From assembly GCA_023920165.1 (NCBI GenBank), contig CP089281.1, positions 1,984,001 through 2,048,000 of the forward strand: a stretch of 64,000 bases of DNA, read 5' to 3'. The notes below the pieces were generated by a model. The model was given only the letters and a program-made list of their open reading frames with translations, was not told where the DNA came from and did no database searches. How positions within the stretch are numbered: position 1 is the first letter of the stretch; every line of letters begins with the position of its first letter. Shown here piece by piece: positions 46,701-58,530 of this stretch. A program made the translations under genes and the position numbers. The DNA comes from Curvularia clavata (lineage: Eukaryota).

Positions 46701-49700
46701 ATCATCGTTTCCAAGGGCAGATAATCATTCCTGTTGCAGCTTACTGCGTTATGGCCTTGGACGCAGGCAGAGTAATGGCGACTGAGAGAGCGATGTCAGT
46801 AACAATGGTGGAAATCAACCATCTCCTCCTTAGCAACGGTATCACAATGGAAGACGATACCCAAGGCATCGAGACGCTGTTCTCCTTGACTTATGATCAA
46901 GAAAAATCTACTGATGATCAAATAGTTGCGAGCTTTTCCTTAGACTGGGGGCCTGTCTCAGGTAATCGTCGAACTAAACGAGCAGTCAGCGGCTTTGTCT
47001 CATTATACGCTATGAAAGAAACCACTCTCCCGTCTCCTTCACCCCGACAGCCCGTGTTAAGACATGTCAATGTCGAGGACTTTTATGGCCAGATGAATGA
47101 CATTGGTCTTGGCTACACCATGGCTTTCAAATCCCTCACTTCCCTGGAGCGACGCCACTTTTTTGCTGCAGGGAAGCTCGAAAAGCCTCATATTGACGAC
47201 ACCTCAACTCTTTTAGTCCGGCCAGCGCTACTTGACTCATGTTTTCAAGTAGCCTTTGCTGCGTTTGCAGCACCTAATGATGGGTATGTCATTAGATTCC
47301 TTTGTCGAGCGCGAATGCTAAATGAGTAACCCACAGTGCACTCTGGACTTCATTCCTTCCCCAAAGCATTCGGAGAATACGCTTCAATACCACAATCTGC
47401 AATGTAATTCCCGAGATCCAGGGTAAATTGGACGTTGAGGCTCGGGTGACGTCTTTTCATCCTGGTTCATCTACCAGTCCAGCGAGCTTTTCCGGAGACC
47501 TTGACATTTCCAACGAAGCTGGCGAAATGGAGATACAGATAGAAGGTCTTTCCGTTCAAGGACTCGCCACGAACACCGACGCCGAATATCGAGAATTTTA
47601 TCTGCAAACAGTGTACAAGCGTGATCCATGGACGGGTTTCGATGAAATTGAGAGTCCCATACGACCGAAGATCAACATAGATCTCGAAGAGCTTTCCAAA
47701 CGTATGTCATTACTGGTGACACCAAACACAAATTTGTTCATGACATCAGATGATATCGAAAGTACGCTCGATTTGGCTCTTGCTGGCTCACCGTACCGAC
47801 ATCACATTGAACTTCTGAAATCATGCAGCAGGGTCATGCCAGGGATACTCCCCGGGCTCATTCACGAAATCAAACAAGAGAGTGACGAGGTATCTATTGT
47901 GACTGAGAGATTGTCACAGGTCATAGGGGATATCAGTCATCGCCATCCTCACATTTCGGTGCTGGAGATCAACCTAAGCAACACATTGTCATTTACAGAT
48001 GCCATACGCGAAGGACTTGCACCGGCTCATTCGTCATTCACTAGCGCATATGTTCCAGGACTTTCCGTTCCCTCGTATCCGGAGCAATCGCAGTCTGACA
48101 CGTACTCGTCGATCCAACTCGACGAGGACAATATTCTGGAAGGGCTTGACGGAATGAACGTGCCATTTGACATTGTTATAATATGTGGACACAGTGAAAG
48201 AGTTGCAACAAAGGATGTCCGGCTACACGCTTTGCAGAATCTGATGCGCCCAGGCGGCTTCATTGTTTCAGTTGAGTCCGGCGGCCGTCTCCTCCAGGAT
48301 CGACTCACTGGACTTTTGCGAACTGAAAAGGGCAGGGGAACTCTCACCCCTTCTACATCTTCGAGTACTTTGGATCGATCAGGCTCGACGGAAAAAGCTT
48401 CAGTCGTGCTTTTCCAGTCCAAGAGATCAGGCCTCTCTTTACTGGTCGAGCAAGCACGCAATCATATTGTCGACGTTCTACGTTCGCCACTCTCTAACTT
48501 GGACAAAATCAGGATTTCAGGCCCAGTATTAGTCATTGGTGGGAAAACAGTAGAGACAAACGAGATACGGTGCTGTCTTGTGTCTGTTCTCTCATCGCTC
48601 GGGTGCGAGACTTCCTGCGTGGAGGGTCTGGATATGGTCACTCCGCAACTGCTCTCTGGCATCAATCGAGTGGTGCTGCTTGCCGATCTGGACCATTCGA
48701 TCTTGGAGAACACTAGCCCAGCTAGTCTCTCCGGCCTTCAAGCACTTATGAGCCCTGGAATGTCTGTACTGTGGCTTCTAAACGGGTTTTACGGAGGCGC
48801 AAACCCATACCACTCAGCTTCAGTTGGCCTTGCACGAACGGCCAAAGGCGAGACCCCAAATTTTCGCCTCCAGTTTCTCGACATGGACACCCTCACTGGA
48901 ATGGGAGAGCTGGTTACAGAAACGTTCTTACGATTTATATACCCAACAGAGTATGAAGATGAGGTTTCGGGGACTCTGTGGATGCCTGAAGACGAAATCA
49001 CCATTTCTCAAGGCAAAGTCATGCTCCCCCGAATTAAGCCCATCTCGGACATGAACAGGCGGCTCAATTCCAGGAGAAGAGCCGTCAATCACTCAGAGGA
49101 CATGGCACATGCGACCGTGGAATTGACCTTGCACGAGGAAAGCATGCCTTCGGTGTATGAAGCATCTTCCTTTCCCTCTGATGCAATGATTAGTTCAAGA
49201 GGCCATCAAGAGGCACACAAGGTTGCCGTTACGGTCTCGCACAGCAGTGTGTGGGCAATCAATGTCGGCAATGACTGGAATTTGTTCGTTGGTGTCGGTA
49301 CTATCGCCTCCGGTCGACGAGCGTTGTTCTTCTCTGACAAGTGCTCGTCTAACGTGTTGGTACCGCCATCGTGGACCCAGGACCTTGAATCGACAACAGA
49401 GTTTCCTGATGATATGATCCTTGCGCTGTTCCTCAGAGCAATTGTCGCTTCGCGGATCGTCAACTCGGATCGTGACAGACCAGTCATTATCATTGAACCG
49501 GACGATCTGCTCATGTCAGTCATTTCGCTTCTACAGCCGGCCAGCGATGGGGTTCTTGTGACTAACGTGACGACCGACCCTAAACGAGCCAAGAAAGATA
49601 CACGGCTTATCTTCATACATCCACGTTCCACGAAGCGCGCAGTGGCAGAGGCTTTACCTTTTGGTTTTGGGGCTGTTATTGATCTTCCTGGCAGCTCTAA

Positions 49701-52700
49701 ATCCATCTTTGGGAACCTCTTGCAGGAAAAGACGTCCTTTACCGCATTCGAACTATTTGCGACTACCACACGGTACACAAAGATGGGAAGTACACTTGAC
49801 ACTATTTTGACTACTGCCTTCACGTGCTTCCGTGAACTAGGATTCAGTGCTGTTATAAAACAGGTACAGAATGACAGGGCCATGGTACAACCACTCAGCG
49901 GATTTGTTGGCCAAGGTCCGCAGCCATATTTTACAATGGTGAATTGGAGGAAAGAGCCTGTGGTTGCACTGAAAGTTCAACCGACCAAACTGGATTTCTA
50001 CCTGAGTGGAACTAAGACCTACTTACTAGTCGGCTTGACGGGCGAATTGGGAGAGAGTTTATGCCGACTCATGGCCGCACATGGGGCACGTTACTTTGTT
50101 GTTGCCAGCCGGTGAGCCACACTTTCAGCAAGTTTCCCTTAGTGTGATGACCTGAACTTAATCGATGGATAGGACCCCAGAGAAAGCCCAGTCCTGGGCA
50201 GAGCCATTAAGAAGATTGGGCCTCACAATACACCTTGCTTCTTTGGATGTCACAAATCTTGAGGCAGTCCACAAGGTCAAATCGGAGGTAGAGAGCTTTC
50301 TTCCCTCCATCAGTGGTGTCGTCCAGGGTGCCATGGTTCTATCGGATGAACTGTTTGGATCCATGACTCTAGAAAGCTTGCAGAGGGCTCTCAAGCCGAA
50401 GCTGGATGGGTCTCGAAATCTGAGCTGCGTCTTCAACGAGCCAACGCTCGACTTCATGGTCATGCTTTCCTCTCTGACATGCGTGGGCGGTAACTCGGGT
50501 CAGTCAAATTATACTGCTGCTAACTTGGTAAGTGATTTCCGCTTGCATCATGAGACTTTGAGTCCTAATCCATTCTAGTACATGTCAGGCCTAGCTGCGC
50601 AACGCCGCAGTCATGGTCTAGCAGCTTCTGTTCTTGACATAGGGGTTCTCTATGGCATTGGATATGTCAACCGTATTGAAGGGGCGGAGATATACGCGAA
50701 CCTCCGAAGGCAGGGATATCTGCCCATCTCCGAGCATGACGTCCATGACATGTTCACGGAAGCTGTGGCCGCCAGTAAGCCGGAACGTGGATCTCTCGTG
50801 CAAATATCGACAGGCTTGAACCGTTGGAGCCCTAACACACAAACCCCACTTCCATGGCACAGGGATGCACGGTTTTCGCATCACAGAACATTTAATAAGG
50901 AGGAGTCTGCAGGTAAGAATATGGGTAGCTCATCTGAAACGATCAAGGGTCTATTAGATGCAAGCCAAGACAAGGCAAGCATCGTCGATCATTTGCAGAA
51001 AGCATTCTCTGCTCATTTGGAAACTATGCTACATTTGGCGCAGGGAAGCCTAGACCCGACAGTCGCCATCATTGACTTGGGGGTTGACTCACTCGCCGCC
51101 GTGGAAATACGAACTTGGTTTTTGAAAGAGGTAGGAAAGGATATGCCAGTTTTGAAGGTGCTGGGTGGCGCTTCGGTTGCGAACTGTAAGTTTTCAGTAT
51201 CCACAATGTCGCGTTGAGACGAGAGAGCTAATACTCGTGAAGTGTGTGAGGAAGTTGGTACCGACCTTCTCGCTGAAAGAGAGCCTACGCAAGATGAAAC
51301 CAACGAAACACTGTCCGAAAGCAACGCCGGGTTGGCTAAGAATTCAGATTCAGATTCGTCAGAGCTCTTCGACAACACCAATCTGTCACACTCTACAGAT
51401 CTAACATCGGACGACGAAGATGAGACGACGCCGTTTGAGCAAGTCTATCCGATGTCTTCTAGTCAATCCCGAATGTGGTTTCCATATCAGCTACTGCAGG
51501 ACAAGACAACCTACAACTGCACCACATCGTATCGTTTGCGAGGCCCACTCAATGTCGAACGCTATGAGGCCGCTCTCAAAACCGTCATCCATAAGCACCA
51601 GACTTTGCGCACCGGCTTCTACACCGATCCGTATTTGGGCCATCCAATGCAGGCGGTAGCAAAATCGTCCCCTTTCCAACTGAAGAAGGTTTCCAATGCT
51701 CTTGAAGACGTAGACTCTGCGCGAGAAACTGGCATGATTGCCAAGCATATTTATGACCTCGAACATGAAGACGTCTTCGTCGCAACGCTTCTGGAATATA
51801 ATTCAAATTACCATGAGATCATATTCGGTTACCACCACATCATCATGGACGGAGTAAGCTGGCAGTTGTTTCTACAAGAAGTAGAGCGCTTTTACGTAAA
51901 TCCCCCCAAGCGTGTATACCAGTCAATTGATTACCTTGACTTTGCCGTCAAGCAGCGAGCAGACCTCGACTCGCCAGCCATTCAAACAAAACGCGAGTTC
52001 TGGAAGAGCAGCTTCGCTGACCTGCCACCACCTATTCCGTTGTTTCCATTCGCCAAGGTCACAAACAGGAAGCCGCTCAACCGATACGAAGCTACAGAAA
52101 CCTTCATTGAACTGGACCAGGCTCTTGTGGCCCGCATCAAAACGGTTGCGGTGGATAACAAGAGCACGACCTTTCATTTCTACCTTACCGCTCTTCAGAT
52201 CATGGCTCGTAGATTGCTGAAGATTGATGATGTTTGCATTGGGATCACGGACGCCAACCGCTCGGAACAGGCCTTTATGGAAACAATCGGCCTGATACTC
52301 GACTCACTGCCGTTGCGTTTCAGGTCTAATGGCCCTGTTGATGAGGAATTTAATACCTGCCTTCAGAGCACACGATCCTCCGTTTACTCCGCCCTCGGAA
52401 ACAGTGGCGTACCTCTAGATGTCATCTTGGATGATATTGGTGTGGAAACCTCCACATCCCATCTGCCGCTATTCCAGATACTCGTCAACTACCGCATGGG
52501 GGCGATCAAACAGAAGACTCTCGGCCCAGACATTGAGTTCGAGTACTTGGCTTACGAGGACGCACGGCATCCGTTTGATTTTATCTTAACCATCGACGAA
52601 GAAGATGGGCGCGCTGGTTTGACGCTGTCCATGCAGGACTATCTCTATGATAAAACCTCTGCTCATACGTTCCTGAAGACGTTCATCAATCTTCTCGAGG

Positions 52701-55700
52701 TTTTCTCAGAGTCACCTGAAACGCATGTGTCGGACTGCCCTGTATACCCCGAAGCGCTAGTCAAGCAAGCGATGCAACTGGGTATTGGGTTGGAATCACC
52801 ACTTGATTGGCCGAGTACCTTGACTGCACGCGTCGATCAAATGGTGTCGCAATATCACGAGCAAATCGCCATCAAGGATGGTGAGATATCATACACCTAC
52901 TCCGAAATGGCACGAACAGTCGACGCTGTCGGCCAAGCCCTGCTTGATCGAGGTGTCACTAGGGGTTCTCGAGTTGGTGTGGCAAGCGGCCCTTCCGCAG
53001 ATGTGATACTGTCACTACTTGCAATACTTAAGATTGGGGCCATCTATGTCCCGCTTGATGAGCGCAATTCCGACAGCAGACTTGCAAATATGGTCTACGA
53101 TGGGTCGATTTGTATCATCATCCACAACGAAGCCACTGAGCCGCGCATCCCCATGCTAATTGCGGCTAACCCATCTACCAGGTCTATGAAATTCTCAGAC
53201 CTGAAACTGGGAGAATCTACCATATTAAGTGACAGTGCGGTTGCAGCGGAAACGGCTTTCATCATGTTCACCAGCGGTTCAACTGGAAAGCCAAAGGGCG
53301 TTGTGCTCTCCAATGCCAGCTTCTTGGCTCATATCAAGGCAGCAACCACGGCCATGAATCTTGGCAGGGAGACAGTCTTGCAGCAGAGTGCTCTAGGTTA
53401 CGATGCTTCGCTGGCGCAGATTTTCTACGCATTGGCAAATGGTGGAACTCTCATTGTGACCAGCAACCGGCAGGAATCAAGCAACATTGCCGCACTAATG
53501 CTTCGCGAAAAGGTCAGCCTGACCCTCATGGCTCCTTCGGAGTATTCCGTCATCTTCCAGTATGGAAAAGACTCGCTTGGTCGTTGCGAGTCGTGGCGAA
53601 TCGCCATGTGTGGTGGAGAAGCTTTTCCCTTGCAGCTGCGCTCGTCCTTCAGGGAGTTGAATAATAAGGGCCTGGAAGTCTGGAATGCATACGGTCAGTA
53701 CATGATTGATGTGTGAAACAGATTAGGGTCGCTAATACAATAACCAGGTCCCACCGAGCTATCAGTAGCATCAAACATGAACCAGGTTGATTGTAGCGAA
53801 GTGGCAATCAATGCTAATGTGACAGTGCCAATCGGCAGGGCCATTCCTGGATACAGCGTCTGTCTGGTTAACGATGCAGTACAGCCAGTTCCTCTAGGCT
53901 GCTCTGGTCAGATTGCTGTTAGCGGACGGGCAGTCGCGACGGGGTACCTTAACAACAAGCCGTTAACCGATGAAAAGTTCCTATCCGGAGCTCCCTCCCG
54001 ATTCTTGAGGAGCGCGGGCAGACAGACAGCAAGGTGGTATCTGACCGGAGACACAGCCCGCATGGATCTAGATGGCCAGTTGACGTATATTGGACGCATA
54101 GAAGACGATGCACAGGTCAAATTGCGGGGCATACGCATCGAGCTCACAGAGATCTCGAACTCGATACTAGCGACCGCAGCAGGTGTCATTGCGCAAGCTT
54201 CGATCAGCTTGCGGGGTGAAGGAGAGCAGCAATTCCTTGTCGGACACGTCGTCTTTGCTGCCGATCGCGAACCAGAGCAGGCTGCAATGTACCTTGATTC
54301 CGTCCTCGCCAATCTCCCTTTACCGGCATATATGCGGCCTGCACGGCTCGTTCCTGTTGCTGCTCTGCCACTGACAATGAGTGGAAAGCTGGACCGAAAG
54401 GCTTTGGCAGACCTTCCCATTACAAACACAGCGGATCAGCGACTGACGAATGTAACCGAACTCACTACCACAGAACTTCGAGTGAAAGACGTGTGGTCAG
54501 GTATTCTTGGCCGCACTGGACTTCAGATCACTAGGGATTCGAGCTTCTTCTCCGTCGGTGGGAACTCGCTGCTATTGCTTCGGCTACAAGCCGAGTTAAG
54601 GAGGACGTTCGGGATAGACATCAAACTTGCAGACCTATTTCAGATACACTCTCTTGGGGACCTGGCGCAAAGGATTGGAAGCCCCGAGGCAACACCAGGA
54701 ATTACTACCCAAGCTCGCATCGACTGGAACCTTGAGACCGCTCTCCCCTCTTCCTTGCTGAAAATGCCCCGAATGACGCCAATTACCTTTCAACGCTCAG
54801 GTCTCGGAAGCTCGCTAAGCGTCATCGTAACAGGTGCTACCGGCTTCCTCGGCACTGCCATTGTCAAAGCCCTCCAGGAGACACCGCGGGTACAAGAGAT
54901 CCATTGTCTCGCCGTTCGTCATATTCACGGAGAGAATGCAAGGGCCCTTCAGCGCAAGTTCTCGAAGGTTCGATTGTATTCAGGGGACCTCGCCCAACCA
55001 CGCCTTGGGCTCGGTGAGGACGAGGCGCGACTTCTCTTCGCGGATGCAGCCGCGGTCGTGCACAACGGCGCCGACGTGTCCTTCCTCAAGCCATACGAGG
55101 CCCTACGTGATACCAATGTCGGCTCTACAAGGGAATTGGTGCGCTTGTGCCTCGACTCTCGTTCGTCGGCTGTGCTGCACTTCGTCTCGACAGCCGGCGT
55201 GGGTGCCATCCTTGAGGCGCAAGGAAGTGGTAGTGTCCCCAAACTGAGGGCCACGACCCTGAAGGAAACACGCCCAGATTCTGCTGACGGCTACGTGTCA
55301 TCCAAGTGGGCAAGCGAGGTCTTACTCGAGATTGCAGCTGAGAAGACCGGTCTACCCGCCCGTATCTACCGCCCTTCCAGCATCACTGGTCCAGGAGCGC
55401 CGGCCCTCGACATTGTCCATAATGTGATGAATCTCTCGCGGAAAATGCGCACGATTCCGCGTATGCAGGGCTGGGCAGGTTGGTTCGACTTCGTGTCTGT
55501 GGAGCGGGTAGCCGAGGAGCTTGTCCAGGGCGTCTTGGGGCAAAAGCAGCCTGGACCGGTGGAGTTCGTGCACCCTACCGGCGAAGTGGTGCTGCCGGTT
55601 GCGGAAGCTAGGAGATATCTCGAGCGCCAGACGGGATACGAGTTCCGTGAAGTCGAGATGGAAGCTTGGATCGAAAAGGCAATGTCGTTTGGGATGTCGG

Positions 55701-55783
55701 AGCTCGTGGCGGGTTATCTTGGTCAGATCCCAGATTCAGGTGTGACACCGACCTTCCCTAGGCTGGAAAGCACTATTTTCTAG
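43716..55783 (+). CDS. Iterative hybrid PKS-NRPS: KS-AT-DH-(inactive MT)-(inactive ER)-KR-ACP-C-A-T-R, ~3912 aa
   Basis: Six GT-AG introns (45593-45645, 47284-47336, 50112-50172, 50528-50578, 51186-51242, 53694-53747) leave 11739 nt in frame. Motifs: KS DTACSSS/EAHGTGT/GHTEG, AT GHSSG, DH HRFQGQIIIP, KR GLTGELG/GQSNY, ACP LGVDSL, C HHIIMDG, A FTSGSTGKPKG/YGPTE, T GGNSL, R TGATGFLG/YVSSK. Confidence 0.97.
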
Positions 55784-56895
55784 TTCGATTATGTAGTTGG
55801 TGAACGGTACGAAAAAGTATTTGATGCGGGGGAGAATGTCAGGGGGTCGAACTAAGCCTAATTCGAAAAATAGCTCAAAATTCAAGAGCGTGCCCCATAG
55901 ATCAGTGGGTCATACGGGCAAGTGGGTTATCCAAAATCATACTAAAATCTTAGCATTAAAGAAGTCCATATCTAGACATATAGTTACGGATGATAAAGTA
56001 AATAGTAGTTCAGCGATTGAATTGTATAGCCTTCAAGGTGTATGAGTTAGCAGAGTAGCTAACTCGCTTGTAAATCACATTGTACGTGATAGAGATTGCT
56101 GGACAATGAATAGGTTAGTAAGCCCCTCTCTTGTCAGGGATTTGCACGGGCCACTTAAGGAAAGAAGACATCCTGAGGGATAGGGGTATCCTTTCGGATG
56201 TATATATATCATTGGTATACAGTTTGGACTCCGTTACTCTAGTAGATACAGAATCAGGTCATGATACACCCTAACAATGCTGCGCTTCCAAGCTCACGCG
56301 GCGTAAGCATGTACTAGAATTATCATTGTTCTAGACACAATGTCCGGCATCTAAGATAAGAGCATTTTTACATTTACACATGGCATGCATTTGACGTAAG
56401 TGCTTTTTGGTTTCGCGCAAATAATCTCCGCTCGGGCTCTAAGCAACGCCACATGCACTAGACAAGACGTTAACACTTCCTTAGACGCTTGGCATTCGTG
56501 TTCAGCTAAATTTAGTAATGGCTCTAGAAGGAACTTCTAATCATGTTTTGTGTGCAAACCTGTCTTACTTATAATACAATACGGACGCAACAGTAAATCT
56601 CGTATACTCGAGTCAGTCCAATCTCCATCTTTCATGTTAAGGCGATCGTCGACTATGGCGCGTGACATGGCGCCTCTTAGCGCAGCAATCTTGATGTGAA
56701 ACAACCTAGACTTTTGAACGTTGCACTCATGAAAAGCGGATCCTGAAAACATACTTCGCTTTGTTCCTTGGCGCCTTCATTTACTATTTTGACATGTTCA
56801 TGTCGATCTGTCATGGGTCACAGGTATAAGTCAGAGGCAGCGCCGCCGCAAATAGTCACAGTCAAATCACAGACCTCCCTTACACGCTCATTAAT

Positions 56896-58049
56896 ATGCT
56901 CTTCAACAGCGCCGCGCTCCTCGCCGCAGCGACCCTCACCAACGCTGTTGTTCTCCCCGCACGGCAGGTCAGCAATGGCAGCAAATGTATCGACCCACCG
57001 CAGAGAATTGAGTGGCGCAAGCTCGAGCCTGCTCAGCAGAAGAGCTACATTGACGCCGTGCTTTGCTTGAAGACAAAGCCTTCGCGTATCGGTCTCAAGT
57101 CACTATTCGATGACTTCCCGCACGTCCACTTCCAATTGGCCAGCAGTAGTAAGCTCGCCATTTGTCTTGATAGTTACGCCGCCAACATGAACTCTTCCAG
57201 TCCACAACCAAGCAACGTTTCTGCCCTGGCACAGGTACTTCACTAAGTGCTACTTCGATGCTCTGGACGAGTGCGGATACAGTGGCCCTGGAACGCAAGT
57301 CTTCCACCAGACTCACGAAAGTGGACTTCACTAATGCAGACGTAGCTACTGGGATTGGACACTAGACCACGACTCCCTCCTCGCATCTCCGGTCATGTCG
57401 TCCACCACTGGCTTTGGTGGCAACGGCAACGCCAGCCGCAGCGAGTATAATGCGCCGACCGACCAGACAATATCGTGCGTTGACAACGGACCCTTCAAGG
57501 ACCTGCGCCCGGAGTACCTCGCCAACACGCCCACCGAGATCACCGAGGGAGGTCACTGTTTTTTCCGTAGCGTGGTTGAAGCCAACGAACCAGCGGCATG
57601 GGCTACGATGAAAGAGACGCTCACACCAGAATACGTTGCCAATCAGCAGAAGCTTGAGACTTTTGCAAAATTTGCGCCGGATCTCGAGGGCAGTCCCCAT
57701 GGAACTATCCACGCCAGTTTGGGTGGCGAGATGAACCCCACGACTTCGCCAAACGGTGAGTAGAGATGCGCATGTGACGTGCTGTTCAGTGGGCAGGTGA
57801 CTAATAAAACTTCTAGAGCCACTTTTCTTCCTTCACCACCCACAAATCGATCGCCTATGGTGGAACTGGCAGCAACAGAATCCGGAGAAGCGTGTGGCTG
57901 ATTACAGCGGTATGCATCGGCCTTGGGGAAGCACAGATTTCATTCCGGCGTCTATGAACGATACACTAAACATGCTGGGCATCGCGGACGATGTGCTGGT
58001 CAAGGATGTCATGAGTACTACCAGCGGAGTGTTATGTTATCGGTACTGA
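56896..58049 (+). CDS. Secreted tyrosinase / di-copper-centre protein
   Basis: Signal peptide; DDFPHVH, IHNQATFLPWHR, YWDW, PHGTIH and SPNEPLFFLHHPQIDRLWW; ends LCYRY. Three introns, the second GC-AG. Confidence 0.9.
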
Positions 58050-58530
58050 TTATAATTTGCTCAACTCAGGAGGTCATTATCACTTATGCGGTAACAGCGA
58101 GCGAGTGAAGCAATGAAAATAGGAAGGGCAGCAAACGATATATTTAAAAGTCTTTTGCATGTCACCATGGCTATATTTGCTAATCTGTCAACTGATCCAA
58201 GACGCCTTGGATCTATGTCATGACTCGCTCTAACTCGAGTCAGGATGAATTTTGTTATTCGTGACTCCTCAAGTCAAATCCTTGCGTCAGAACAGTACGC
58301 ACCCGTTCATGAAAGCACATTTAGAGACGTTGTCCTTGATGAAGAATTAGTCGTCTGTCAATCCACATCTAGGTTATTTATAAAGCTCAGGAGTGGTAGT
58401 GTGTAGACCAGGTTATATGGTCCACGGTGATAATGAAGAAGCATTGAGCTACAAAGCTCGACAAACACATCAAATTATGGTAAAGAACATGGGATATTAG
58501 CCTCTGGTCTGGTAGCTTGATTGCTCAACT

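Noticed and set aside
26838..55783. Assignment as a cytochalasan, hirsutellone/pyrrocidine or fusarin cluster
   Set aside because: No recognisable Diels-Alderase/lipocalin gene, and the cMT domain is dead although those products are C-methylated. No gene symbols were assigned.
43716..55783. PKS-NRPS as a fragmented pseudogene (seven separate ORFs in the track)
   Set aside because: Each break is explained by a canonical 51-61-nt intron, and the spliced frame is continuous.
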